A DNA stretch of 63,974 nt, the filler included, from Octopus bimaculoides (taxonomy: Eukaryota), in NCBI RefSeq assembly GCF_001194135.2. It is 7 parts of 7 records of this genome, joined end to end, with 100 filler letters (N's around TTAATTAATTAA, not from the genome) between each part and the next. Parts side by side here need not be neighbours in the genome. Positions count along the whole stretch, not along the records: positions 1 to 22,641 come from NC_068983.1; 6 more parts are not named here. One strand, 5' to 3'. The notes beneath the pieces were generated by a model. The model did no database searches. It was given only the letters and a program-made list of their open reading frames with translations, and was not told the DNA's origin. Positions 1 to 12,844 of the stretch are shown here, piece by piece (position 1 is the first letter of the stretch; the number at the start of each line of letters is the position of its first letter). A program made the position numbers and the translations under genes.

Positions 1-1096
1 CCATGATAAAGATTGTACCACCTTCCTCTTTCTCTAGAGAAAAGAAGGCAGTATTTCTCTGCGTAATAACCACACTGAAAGTCGTGGTATGGAAGAGGCG
101 AGTGAAAGGGATTGCGACAGGCCATTTCATCTCCAGACGTGGACTGGTGGATTACTTCGCCGCCCACCTTTCCAGCAAGATCTGTCTGGAGAGGAGGAGC
201 CTGCCGCAAAGTGTATTTGGAAAAGATGGACGGAAGTAGTAAGAAAGATTAGAATGCAAGGGGTCGTGTTGACACGGTCGGTCCGGGCATAGAAGAACAG
301 AAAGGATTACCAAAAGGAAATCAACCGGCGGGTTAGTTCACTAACTCGAGCCCTGTAAATAGTGTGAATTTAACATCTAATTTTTAACTCATATCATTCG
401 ACATTTTCTCCATAAATTCATTCGTTTATAATCTTGTGTTAGAGTGGGTCTGACTCCTATATGTCTTTGTCTGTCCTTGTTTGTCCCCTCTATGTATCCT
501 TTTTATAAGGAATAAAGAAAATGCTGAGCACTCCACAGACATGCGTGCCCTTAACTTAGTTCTCAGGGAGATCCAGCGTAAGGTTCATTTGAAAAATGAC
601 TCATACACTTAAACATCCATCCTTAGATATCAGAAAGATCAGAAATGCAACAAAAATTTAAAATATACTGGTCAAATGAAAGAGGATCATGGAAAAATAG
701 CACATGATATGCAATTAACGAAACTTGACTAAATCTAAGACTTCAACATAAAATATTTTCTATAGTTTCTTCTCGATCTGTTGGAGTGGCTCTCTTCTAT
801 ATATATATATTTACGCATCCTGCAGTTGAAGAGAAGAAATCAGTAAAATTAAACATGACGCAGTTTAGATATTTTTTGAAACTTGAAAATTATCAAATTA
901 GATATTAGTGTGAGAAAAGAAAATTGGTGTAGAACCCAACAGAGATTATGCAGAATCCAACACTAACAATTATCCAGATATTTTATTAGTTACCTCAATT
1001 ACAATCGGGTCAGGGTTGAGGAAAAATTTCTTGAAAAAATGGTACCTGTCACCTGACAATTTTTCAAACTCCCCTCAACTTCAACAACAACAACTA

Positions 1097-1305
1097 TACT
1101 CCTTTACTTGTTTCAGTCATTTGACTGCGGCCATGCTGGAGCACTGCCTTTAGTCAAGCAAATCGACCCCAGGACTTATTCTTTGTAAGCCTAGTACTTA
1201 TTCTATCGGTTTCTTTTGCCGAACTGCTAAGTTACGGGGACATAAGCACACCAGCATCGGTTGTCAAGCGATGTTGAGGAGACAAACACAGACACACAAA
1301 CATAT

Positions 1306-1342
<37 letters not shown>
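1097..1342 (-). mobile_element. tRNA-derived SINE family B, 3' half (central microsatellite runs into N gap)
   Basis: Reverse complement of the 3' half of the full copy at 3901-4480 (ACAACCGATGCTGGTGTG...GAAACAAGTAAAAGAGTA). Confidence 0.85.
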
Positions 1343-1356
<14 letters not shown>

Positions 1357-1831
1357 TATATANNNNNNNNNNNNNNNNNNNNNNNNNNNNNNNNNNNNNN
1401 NNNNNNNNNNNNNNNNNNNNNNNNNNNNNNNNNNNNNNNNNNNNNNNNNNNNNNNNNNNNNNNNNNNNNNNNNNNNNNNNNNNNNNNNNNNNNNNNNNNN
1501 NNNNNNNNNNNNNNNNNNNNNNNNNNNNNNNNNNNNNNNNNNNNNNNNNNNNNNNNNNNNNNNNNNNNNNNNNNNNNNNNNNNNNNNNNNNNNNNNNNNN
1601 NNNNNNNNNNNNNNNNGAAACAAGTCTTTATGAGAACGTCAAAATGAATTAGTGACAGCGGAACTTATTAATAAGGAGGGGTAGATGTGTTCGTATGTTT
1701 ATTACCAATTGCCTTTTATTCATATAGTAGTTATTGGTGTCACTGTCGCTGTTGTTGTTGTAGTTGTTGTTGCTGTAGTTAACATTTGTCAAACAAAAAT
1801 TTGTCAACCAATATTGTTTTTGCTTGCTCAG

Positions 1832-2505
1832 GGCGGCGAGCTGACAGAATCATTATTATTACTACGCCAGGCGAAATGCCTAGCGATATTTCGTCTGCCG
1901 TTACGTTCTAAATTCAAATTCTGACAAAAGTTGACTTTGCTTTTCATACTTTCGGGGTCGATAAAATAAGTATCAGTTGCGTACTGGAGTCGATCTAATC
2001 GATTGGCCCCATCCCCAAAGATTCTGGGCCTTATGCTTAAAGTAGAAAAGAATATTGTTTTTGCTTACACAGGGCGGTAAGCCGGCAGAATTGTTAGCAG
2101 GCTGGGCGAAATGCCTAGTGGTATTTCGTCTGCTGTTACATTCTGAGTTCAAATTCCGCCGATTTTGCCTTTCATCCTTTCATCCTTTCGGGATCGATTA
2201 AATAAGTACCAGTTATGCACTGGTGTCGATGTAATCGACTTAATCCCTTTGCCTGTCCTTGTTTGTCCCCTCTATGTTTAACCCCCTGTGGGCAATAAAG
2301 AAATAAGAAACGTTAGCACGCCGGGCGAAATGCTTAGCGGTATTTCGTCTGTCTTTACGTTCTGAGTTCAAATTCCGCCGAGGTCGACTTTGCCTTTCAC
2401 CCTTTCGGGATCGATAAATTACGTACCAGCTGCGTACTGGTGTTCAATGTAATTGACTGGTCCCCTCCCCCAAAATTTCGAGCCTTGTGCCTAGAGTAGA
2501 AAAGA
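1832..2505 (+). mobile_element. Three stacked family A tRNA-derived SINE units
   Basis: Heads GGCGGCGAGCTGACAGAA (1832) and GGCGGTAAGCCGGCAGAA (2073); headless unit AGAAACGTTAGCACG (2306). B-box-like GAGTTCAAATTCC is intact in units 2 and 3 and degenerate in unit 1. Homologous to 5264-5500. Confidence 0.9.
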
Positions 2506-2994
2506 ATATTGTTTTTGTTTCTGTTCTTATGGTTCNNNNNNNNNNNNNNNNNNNNNNNNNNNNNNNNNNNNNNNNNNNNNNNNNNNNNNNNNNNNNNNNN
2601 NNNNNNNNNNNNNNNNNNNNNNNNNNNNNNNNNNNNNNNNNNNNNNNNNNNNNNNNNNNNNNNNNNNNNNNNNNNNNNNNNNNNNNNNNNNNNNNNNNNN
2701 NNNNNNNNNNNNNNNNNNNNNNNNNNNNNNNNNNNNNNNNNNNNNNNNNNNNNNNNNNNNNNNNNNNNNNNNNNNNNNNNNNNNNNNNNNNNNNNNNNNN
2801 NNNNNNNNNNNNNNNNNNNNNNNNNNNNNNNNNNNNNNNNNNNNNNNNNNNNNNNNNNNNNNNNNNNNNNNNNNNNNNNNNNNNNNNNNNNNNNNNNNNN
2901 NNNNNNNNNNNNNNNNNNNNNNNNNNNNNNNNNNNNNNNNNNNNNNNNNNNNNNNNNNNNNNNNNNNNNNNNNNNNNNNNNNNNNNNNNNNNNN

Positions 2995-3003
2995 TATATA
3001 TAT

Positions 3004-3036
<33 letters not shown>

Positions 3037-3208
3037 CTATATACCACGGGATGACACAAAGTTTCCATCCACCAAATTCATTCATAAGGAATTGAACCGC
3101 CCGGGGTTATAGCAGAAGATATTTGTCCATGGTGCGGCGCAATGGGGGCTGAACCCGAAACCACGTGGTTGCAAAGCGAGTTTCTTAACCACACAGCCAT
3201 GCCTATAC
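2995..3208 (-). mobile_element. SINE family B, 5' half, diverged
   Basis: Reverse complement resembles the head at 3901 (GGCTGTGTGGTTAAG...GGTTTCGGGTTCAGCCCC). Confidence 0.7.
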
Positions 3209-3900
3209 TTATAGCGAAATTAACTGACTGAGTATTGCTTCATATCGTTGCTATTGTGTTACTCAAATTTTGCTCTAACTGTGCAGACCTATGATCAACG
3301 ACAATCCAAATATGAACAACCTGTCTTTTAAGGAGTTACATTATTTGATGTATCCTTCATTTTGTTGTCAAATCAAGTGTTATTCAAAGAAATACATAGT
3401 TGTTATTTCAAGGCGGACGAGCGACCACCCAAAGGTTGTCGAGTTGTCTCGTGCTGTTTGATGTTGTTGTTATAGACAACATTGGTATTTCGAAGTGGGT
3501 AGACTTATGATAATTAACAAAACAGTAAACGGTTTTTTTCAAAAACGTCTAAATGTTTGTAAACAACTGGAAATTTTTCTAAAAAATGTATGAGTGGGTG
3601 GGAGGTGTTGAGCGAAGAATCTCTGCTTTGCGTTACAATCAAAATAAGAAGGAAGAAGCGTGTGGAAAGTCATGAGACTCAAAACTTTAATACAATCGTA
3701 GGGAGAATGCTTGAAATAAAAGTAAATATTCTTTACATTCTAACATGTATTGAGTTCCTTTACGTATGACTGTTCTTTTTAGTCTCTGGATTAAGAACGT
3801 CATGTGTGTATGTGTATGCTTATGTGTGTGTGTGTATGCTTATGTGTGTGTGTGTATGCTTATGTGTGTGTGTGTATATATATATATATAATATATATAT

Positions 3901-4622
3901 AGGCGTAGGAGTGGCTGTGTGGTAAGTAGCTTGCTTACCAGCCACATGGTTCTGGGTTCAGTCCCACTGCGTGGTATCTTGGGCAAGTGTCTTCTACTAT
4001 AGCCTCGGGCCGACCAAAGCCTTGTGAGAGGATTTGGTAGACGGAAACTGAAAGAAGCCCGTCGTATATATGCATATATATATATATATATANNNNNNNN
4101 NNNNNNNNNNNNNNNNNNNNNNNNNNNNNNNNNNNNNNNNNNNNNNNNNNNNNNNNNNNNNNNNNNNNNNNNNNNNNNNNNNNNNNNNNNNNNNNNNNNN
4201 NNNNNNNNNNNNNNNNNNNNNNNNNNNNNNNNNNNNNNNNNNNNNNNNNNNNNNNNNNNNNNNNNNNNNNNNNNNNNNNNNNNNNNNNNNNNNNNNNNNN
4301 TGACAACCGATGCTGGTGTGTTTACGTCCCCGTAACTTAGCGGTTCGGCAAAAGAGACCGATAGAATAAATACTAGGCTTCCAAAGAATAAGTCCTGGGG
4401 TCGATTTGCTCGACTAAAGGCGGTGTTCCAGCATGGCCACAGTCAAAAGACTGAAACAAGTAAAAGAGTAAAAGATTAAGAGTATAGCGGTTCGGCAAAA
4501 GAGACCGATAGAATAAGTACTAGGCTTACAAAGAATAAGTTCTGGGGCCGAATTGCTCGACTAAAAGGCGGTGCCCCAGCATGGCCGCAGTCAAATGATT
4601 GAAACAAGTAAAAGAGTAAAGG
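3901..4622 (+). mobile_element. Full-length SINE family B with internal microsatellite/gap and tandemly duplicated 3' end
   Basis: A box TGGCTGTGTGG, B box GGTTCAGTCCC, CORE-like TCTTGGGCAAGT. The 3' segment 4338-4475 is repeated at 4485-4622. Confidence 0.9.
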
Positions 4623-5263
4623 AGCAAATATTTAATTACAGAAATATAATGAGACTTTTACAAACATCGAATGTTTATTCAGGTCCAGTAGAGTAAAATA
4701 GGGATTAAAAGGGTCCGTTGGTAAGAAGAGATGACTGGAAACCACTGGTTTATAGGGATCAAGTGTTTCTGCTGCGCATAAGTTCACTCCCTCCAGCATT
4801 GCTTGTACAGAAGCACGGTGTGCCACACGTCAGATGTGGAACTGAGCTGGTAGAAACGTTAGCACGCGGTATTTCGTCTGCCGCTACGTTCTCAGTTCAA
4901 ATTCTGCCGAGGTCGACTTTGCCTTTCATCCTTTCCGGGTACAAGGACGTTTCGGCAGATAACGAAACGATCGAAAACTTCTCAGTAAATAACATTTGTT
5001 ATTTCTAAGTAAAAGATAACTAAGTTTTTATGTGCACCGAGTGTTTCCGTTGTTGCTGCTGTTTAATTCCTGACCGGGCAGCTTTTTTAGAGCTATCCAG
5101 GTCTTCATTATCCAACGTGAACTTTCCCTTTTTAAAGTTGGTATGAGTGTAGTTTAAATGCGATTTCATTATTATTTCTGACTAGCCGAGCGACCACATA
5201 AGAGTTTCCAAGCTAGAATTGATAATCAAGAAATAGTAAGGGTCGGCAGAAATCGGATTAGAA

Positions 5264-5500
5264 GGCGGCGAGCTGGCAGAAACGTTAGCACGCCGGGCGA
5301 AATGCTTAGCGGTGTTTCGTCTGCCGTTACGTTCTGAGTTCAAATTCCGCCGAGGTCGACTTTGCCTTTCATCCTTTCGGGAGTCAATAAAATAAATACC
5401 AGTTACGCACTGGGTTCGATGTAATCGACTTAATCCCTTTGTCTGTCCTTGTTTGTCCCCTCTATGTTCAGCCCCTTGTGGGCAAAAAAAAAAAAAAAGA
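5264..5500 (+). mobile_element. Full-length SINE family A
   Basis: GGCGGCGAGCTGGCAGAAACG head, GAGTTCAAATTCC B box, A-rich tail; CpGs intact. Confidence 0.9.
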
Positions 5501-5519
5501 AATCGACCCTATAATGTCA

Positions 5520-5640
5520 TTCTAAAAATAAACAGTCGCGTCATCAAGATCTGGAAGCTATGAGACAATGCATGATTAATTCAAAGCAATGGGAAATAAA
5601 TAAGCATTACATTTGACTAAATAATCTGAATGCTAAACGG
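5520..5640 (-). mobile_element. piggyBac-type MITE terminal fragment
   Basis: Reverse complement reads TTAA|CCGTTTAGCATTCAGATT...; homologous to 30608-30700 and 35166 onward. Confidence 0.6.
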
Positions 5641-6513
5641 TTAATCAGGTCGTGTTGCTATGAGAAACAAAAAAGAGCGAGAGGATCGACCACCGATTAT
5701 TTTGCCAGTTCTGTTACTCATACATCCACATCTTCCAATGCCTCCTTAATGAGCTACAAAGAATATACACTAGCTCACTTAATGTCATCAAAGGATACAA
5801 ACGGACCATTCTCAGAGAATTCAAAGGCAACCTACTCAATAACAAAAATACTCGATATGAAATACCACTTTCACATACAAACGGCATCTACTGTTCGTGC
5901 AGGAACCTCGCAGTCGTTCCAGTATATTCTCACTCCGGAAGTGAGCTCGTGATCTTTGTTAAGATCTTCCGGTGTTTCCACTTAAACACTCCTCAGTGTT
6001 ATACGCTAAAGTAATACTGTTGTTTACATCCGGTAATGATACCGGAATAAAGGGGAGAATAATTATTAAGGTGTGTGTATTTAATATATCAAATACAACT
6101 TTAAAAAATATTCATATCCTCTTTATTTTTTTTATCTTTTACTTGTTTCAGTTATTAGACTGGCAGCCATGATGGAACATCGCCTTGAAGAATTTTAGTC
6201 GAACGAATTGACCCCAATATTAACCTTTTAGTTAGTACTGGATCGAATTTAGCAAGTGTGTCTTCAGAAATGAGATATATGCCAATACGAAAAATGTTGA
6301 AAAGCGGGTGGAGGACTAGAATTGGAATATTTAGAGTTGGAGACGATGAGAGTATTCAATGCTCTGATATTCTGCAAATCCACCAACCTGACTGATATTT
6401 TATTTATCAACGCTGAAAGAATGAAAGCAAAATTGACCAAGGCGATATTTGGACTCAGAGCACCAGAATAATTAGTGCGATAATTAGTGTCTATACGACA
6501 CTCTAACGAGTTC

Positions 6514-6655
6514 GACAAGAAGGACACATGGACAGAGAGTCACTGATGACAAGAAGCGACACATGGGAGAGAGAGTCACTGATGACAAGAGGAGACACAT
6601 GGGAGAGAGAGTCACTGGTGACAAGAGGAGACACATGGGACAGAGAGTCCCTGAT
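6514..6655 (+). repeat. Minisatellite, about 36-bp unit x4
   Basis: Units GACAAGAGGAGACACATGGGAGAGAGAGTCACTGAT start at 6514, 6548, 6584 and 6620. Confidence 0.95.
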
Positions 6656-6711
6656 GAGGTCACAGAATGTGTGACGAAAGAATTTTGACAGACGTATAGA
6701 ATAAAAATAAT

Positions 6712-6885
6712 CCTTTCTACTAAAGGCACAAGGCTTGAAATTTGCGGGGAGGGGACTAATCGATTACATCGACCCCAGTACTCCACTGGTACTTAATTTA
6801 TCGACCCCGAAGCGATGAAAGCCAAAAACGTAAGAATGGGTGAAATGCCGCTAAGCATTTTGCTCGGCTGAAGTGACGCCGCTCA
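6712..6885 (-). mobile_element. SINE family A, internally deleted
   Basis: TTCTACT..GGCACAAGGC..AAATTT..CTGGTACTTAATTTATCGACCCCGAA matches the reverse complement of 2306-2505. Confidence 0.8.
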
Positions 6886-6944
6886 AATAAATAGTGCGTG
6901 TGTTTAATTGGCAAAAAAATAAATGACCATCTCAAAGTATAACA

Positions 6945-6946
<2 letters not shown>

Positions 6947-6976
<30 letters not shown>

Positions 6977-7004
6977 TCATATACATACACTCACATATGC
7001 ACGC

Positions 7005-7057
<53 letters not shown>

Positions 7058-7066
7058 CATACACAT
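6947..7066. repeat. (TG)n / (CA)n microsatellites in inverted arrangement
   Basis: Seen directly. Confidence 0.95.
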
Positions 7067-8068
7067 GCATACACACGGATACATGCATACACGCGGATAC
7101 ATGTATTCATCCATTCACGCTGGCCAAAGTTCCGATCTAAAGACAGACAACTAAATATGCTGATGCGCTGTTTCATGCTGCCGCAACCCATAGTTTCAGC
7201 CTCCGTTTCACCCTCGCACCACCATCAATTTTAGGGAATTTGTTAAAGGTCATGTGAGCTGCCCTTCTTCCTCTAAGCCAAACAACATATACACATATAT
7301 TTCTGCGTGTGTACAGGCGCACACACGTATATATATATATATATATATATTAATTTGTATTCTTGACGCATTATCGTCCATTCTACAGTTGGTAATTCAT
7401 TGTTTGGCTCTATTACAATATACATTACACCCCAGCTACGATAGCTTCTGATAGATTAAAGAACCAGACAAATAGCGTCCATAAACATACTCCAATTTGT
7501 CCCACAGATCGTTTACTTGCCCCTATCTTCTTCCTATCTTTGGATACTCTCGTTTCATGATTTGATTACTATTAACATTTGACATATTACGGTGAAAGGT
7601 CAAAGGCCACGTTGTCAGCTAAGTGTTTTCTCCTATCTAGTCGCAATTATTTCAGCATGGATTTTTACAGACACTGGACACCAAACACCGTAAAAATAAA
7701 CGAAAGTTTTCGCTAGCCCCTGCTACATATGTCGTTAAAGATGTGTCCCCTAGTGTTAACGTCATCACCATCAATACTTCGCGGGCATATCTGTGTATGT
7801 GTATAGGCAAATGTATATGTGTATAGCTATACTGGGTTTTACAAACGGATGAGAGAGAGAAGGGGGAGAAGGAGAGAGAAAGAGAGTATTCAATAAATAA
7901 AGCAGAGTTTGTCATCTTTTATGAACCGTGATTGTTATGTGAGCGATTTCACGGCTTAGATTTACGTATCAACGCACTTATCCTATTCAGTTAACTAAGT
8001 GTTTTCGAATGTAACCCTAGATCGTTAAGTCACTCCTTAACAATTGCAGCTACTAAGAATGTGTGTGT

Positions 8069-8121
<53 letters not shown>

Positions 8122-8239
8122 CTGGCATTGTTGATCAACTTCTGAAAAACAATGGAACATTCACTGACGTCGGCACTTAAAACTTTTAGTAGAATAAAAC
8201 TTATTGATTATAAAGGCGGAACTTGAAGTCCCACTCAAC

Positions 8240-8331
<92 letters not shown>

Positions 8332-8353
8332 GAGATAGATAGATAGATAGATG
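8240..8353. repeat. (AGAC)n(AGAT)n compound microsatellite
   Basis: Seen directly. Confidence 0.95.
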
Positions 8354-8667
8354 CATGCATGCATTAGGGATGCAACTTTTTAATTCTTTTTCCTCAAAAA
8401 CAATTTCCTGTATCATATTTAGATGAGCTTTTATGCATAAGTAACTAAAGTGAACTCACTTTTGAACTATCTTTAAAAAAGTTCACCCATGAATTCATGT
8501 TTGCATTCTTATGCAAAACTTGCTTGAATATGGGCAAGGTTGCATTATAATAAATCCAATAAATTCTTAACATTTATAAGACTTCAGTGGTGTGCTGAAT
8601 CATCCCGCTTAGTAATGAAGCAAATAATTAGGTTCTTTCACTTTCACCTTTGCTGTTTCGGTTTCAG

Positions 8668-9719
8668 TATGAGCTCTGCATGACTGCTAGCGGTATGACA
8701 TTCAAGAAAAGCCTCGAGGTTATTCAGAAGAACAAGGAGAAATGAAGGAGAAATTTGGTGCAGTTCCAATCCCATTCATCTAGAAGTCATATACCTGTAG
8801 AAGAAGCTTCGCTGGCCAACAGAAGCCGAATGCCACTCAAGGAGTAGATTGTTGGTCGGTACCAGTTTCTTGAGAAATCAATTAACGGCAGAAAGGAGAG
8901 AGTGACAGAATTATCAAGAGAGGTGACACTACTTTGGAGAGATAAACTGAATTTCCCAATCATTTCCGAGCAAGCAATGGGGTTCAAACTCGAAAATTTG
9001 TTTTATTTGATTGACAAATACGCCCAGAAAGGAGAATTTGAGCCATTAGAAGAACTGTTCGATATTACCAAAGTCCACGGTGAATGGGTCAATGCTGTTG
9101 ACAAAAAGCTGTATTTCATTCAACTCCAAAGCAAGGGCAAATTTGGCTGTTCGACTGACAAAGCTGCAAGTAAGCACACTATCCAGCCTTCCAAGAGAAG
9201 ATGCTCTGATGCTGAAGCCTCCCATTCTTTATCAAACCCAACAGCCCGAGATACTGACAGTGACTCTGAAGAAGAAAAAGAGATTGAAGAGTACAATTAT
9301 GGTGAAGATGATTGAGTTGATGAAAATGATAGTGATAGTGATGACACTTATTCCTCCATAAGAAGGCACCACACATCTGCAATTGGTACGAGACTTGTAA
9401 CTGGAACAAACGTCTCTACCAACAAAGCTGCGAAAATCTGCAACCAGTTGTCAGAGGAGGTCATTGATATCCCAGTTCCGAGTCAGCAAAGCATTTACAA
9501 GACAGTCTTCAAGAAAGCTGGTGAAATGAAGAAACACTTGATCGATTCGCTACGTAACCAGAAATGGAGCCTGCATTTCGATGGTAAACAGACTGACAGA
9601 AATGAATATCAAACGGTTGTCATCAAGAATGAAACAAGTGAAATCTAGCTGGCTGCTCTGAAGCTGGGTGATAGCCAAGTTTAAACCATTGCAGAAGGAT
9701 TGAAATGATTTTGGAAAGA
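8668..9719 (+). pseudogene. Degenerate DNA transposase, hAT-like (hATm-type) remnant
   Basis: Broken reading ...VTELSREVTLLWRDKLNFPIISEQAMGFKLENL... then LSEEVIDIPVPSQQSIYK...WSLHFDGK...EYQTVVIKNE. The LH(W/F)DGK motif is recalled from hAT-derived transposases. In-frame stops are present. A pyrimidine tract plus CAG at 8638-8667 looks like a splice acceptor. Confidence 0.55.
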
Positions 9720-12275
9720 CCTTGTTCTTCTGAATAACCTCGAGGCTTTTCTTGAATGTCATACCGCTAGTAGTCATGCAGAGCTCACACTGAAATAAGT
9801 ACCAGTAGAGCACTGGGGTCGTTGTAATCGACTTGTCCCTTTCTCCGAAGTTGTTGGCCTAATGCTAAAATTTGAAACCAATGTAAGTTCACTGTAAGTC
9901 TTTCCAAAATCATTTATAATATTGAGAAATTTCAAACGTTAAAATTTTGATTTCTCCCCCCCNNNNNNNNNNNNNNNNNNNNNNNNNNNNNNNNNNNNNN
10001 NNNNNNNNNNNNNNNNNNNNNNNNNNNNNNNNNNNNNNNNNNNNNNNNNNNNNNNNNNNNNNNNNNNNNNNNNNNNNNNNNNNNNNNNNNNNNNNNNNNN
10101 NNNNNNNNNNNNNNNNNNNNNNNNNNNNNNNNNNNNNNNNNNNNNNNNNNNNNNNNNNNNNNNNNNNNNNNNNNNNNNNNNNNNNNNNNNNNNNNNNNNN
10201 NNNNNNNNNNNNNNNNNNNNNNNNNNNNNNNNNNNNNNNNNNNNNNNNNNNNNNNNNNNNNNNNNNNNNNNNNNNNNNNNNNNNNNNNNNNNNNNNNNNN
10301 NNNNNNNNNNNNNNNNNNNNNNNNNNNNNNNNNNNNNNNNNNNNNNNNNNNNNNNNNNNNNNNNNNNNNNNNNNNNNNNNNNNNNNNNNNNNNNATTTTA
10401 TCGACCCTGAAAGGATAACAGGCAAAGTGGACATCGGCGGAATGTGAACTCGGAATGTAAACAGCCAGAAGAAATACCACTTAGCATTTTTGTCCGATGT
10501 GCAAAACGACTCTCCCAGCTCACCGATGTATAATGTTGACCAGTGTTTCTTCGGAATGAGCTGAACTCACTCCTTCCTAAAAGATTTTGTACTCGTCCTC
10601 ATCGTCCTCGTGACCTGTAAAAGGTTATGCTCTCTGAGTTTCGTACATGGAGGAGAGAAATGATTAACAGTTTTAAAGGTGATGAAGATAATTGAGACGG
10701 AAGCAAAGTGTTGGATTTCATGACATTTAGTATTTGGTTTTAATCACTATTGGTTCCGAGTGGAAACGGTACACAAGGCAAGCCTTCTGTACATCATGGT
10801 GTGTTGAAATTCACACCAGTAACATAATGAGATAATTGTAATTGTGATTTGAACTATAATTGCGATTATAACTTCATTCTAATTTCTTTTCATTCTAATT
10901 TTGATTTCAATTGTATTTTGAATTAATTTTCAATTTAATTTTAATTATAGTTTTATCTTTTTTTTAGTATTTTATTCTAGTTCATTTCAAATTTTAATCT
11001 TGATTTATTAGGCTTTTATTTAATTTCAAATGTAAGATAATTTCAATTTACATTAATTTGTAGTTTTAAATTTTTTATTTAATTTATTTAGATTTTTAAT
11101 TTTAATTGTAATTTTAAGTTAATATTGATTTTTATAGTAATTATAACATTAATTATAATTCAATCTTAATCTTAATTTTATTTTAATTCCAATTTTCATT
11201 ACCTATCCGACAAATAATGGAACTTCGTCAAAATCAGTTTTTATATTTGAATGAAAGCTGGAATGAAAACAAAGCCAGTGATAGAAGGAGTGCACGCACA
11301 GAATATAGAAACAACCTATAATAAAACAGGTCTTGCACCTCGAGCCAGCTTGTGTGCCTTTACATGATCATATAACCTCCAAAAATAACAGCCAAATGTC
11401 CCTCAAATCACACCCTACAATCATAGAAAAATAAGGGCATATTTGATAATGCAGTTTTAAGAACATTGTATGGTCACGGTTAGAATACCTTTCTTTACCT
11501 ATTACATCGTAATAAGTGAACAAAAAACAACTATATCTATGTAAATTCTGTAGATTTCTTTTTTCCTTATAATTCTTTAATTTCAAATTCAAATTTTAAA
11601 TTGCATTATTTCGAAGAAATTATTATCTCTCTTGTAATAATTGCGACCACGAAGTGAAACCACACAATTTTTCGACGTTCAAACAATTCTGCCAATCTAC
11701 CCAGCAAAATGCAACTGCAGAAACGTGACTGGAACATGTGTATAAAGAGGAGAGATAAGCAACCGACATTTCTATTTCAAAACTCTATTAAAATAACACA
11801 ATTTTAAAATAATTAGAAAAAAATTTGCCAGGCAGGTCAAAGGTTTACAATGATGGGGTAACGAACTATTTGGAGCACAAAATCTGTCATGGAATGATTG
11901 ATGTATTATGGAGATCGCTAAAGATAAGACTGTTTGAAGTATTATAGAATTCCATTGAGATGCAGACGACTTTCTTTCGTAAACAATGTTGTGCAGTAAG
12001 TTTATGCCTTCACACCACCGCCATCGTCACTGCCCACGCCTTCGTCGTCGTCATTGTCGTCGTGGTCATTGTTTTCTTGCTGTAGTGTTTGTTGCTGTTG
12101 TTGTTGTAGTAGTAGTGGTGGTGGTGGTGGTGGTGGTGGTCATTGTTGTTGTCGTGGAGGTGGAGGGGTCGTCGTCATCACCGTCGCCTTCGTTGTTTTT
12201 GCTCTTGTTTTGTTTTTTTCTTTGTAGTTCCTTTATATTCTTCCTTTCTTCAACTTCAGTTCTATCATCACTATT

Positions 12276-12331
<56 letters not shown>

Positions 12332-12644
12332 NNNNNNNNNNNNNNNNNNNNNNNNNNNNNNNNNNNNNNNNNNNNNNNNNNTCTATCTATCTATCTATCT
12401 ATCTGTCTACTTTTCACTTATGGGAGGGCGGAGGAAATGAGGCTTCTTCTTTCCCAGATGGGAGGGGGAAAAAATCAAACTTAACGTGTTGTTTCTGGAT
12501 AGGATATTTTATATTCTATGTACGTTTGTTCTCTTATCCGTCAGCAATGTGCGCCATTTATTTACTTTCCTTTTTCGATAAAGAGTTAATTAGTTAATGC
12601 CTTATGAATTTTCGTGTGTGTGTGCGTGCATGCATGTGTGTGTC

Positions 12645-12675
<31 letters not shown>

Positions 12676-12844
12676 TAGCGGTTTGACAAAAGAGACCGAT
12701 AGAATAATGTGTGTGATCACAAAACAATCGATCATTCAATTCCCGTGAATTTATTGAGATTGCGAACGGACCAATGACAAGGATGCATCCAACGGGATTT
12801 GAACCCGGTCCACTTTCCTCATAGCAAAATACTAGTAATAGTCC

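Noticed and set aside
3-292. Two short overlapping ORFs in a GC-richer patch at the window start
   Set aside because: No recognisable motif; may be a TE remnant cut by the window edge, but I cannot assign it.
4945-4990. Minus-strand CTGAGAA...CGAAACGTC
   Set aside because: Core G8 is missing, and stems I and II do not pair.
5960-6000. Minus-strand CTGAGGA-GTGTTTAAGTG-GAAAC
   Set aside because: Stem II cannot pair and there is no NUH site or stem I.
6514-6655. CRISPR-like array
   Set aside because: Eukaryotic context and contiguous units with no unique spacers; it is a minisatellite.
10850-11200. Very AT-rich TTAATT-like stretch
   Set aside because: Low-complexity sequence with no defined unit or structure.
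12780-12830. tRNA-like B box (GGGATTTGAACCCGG, minus strand); similar one at about 49465
   Set aside because: No complete cloverleaf; decayed SINE heads, not tRNA genes.
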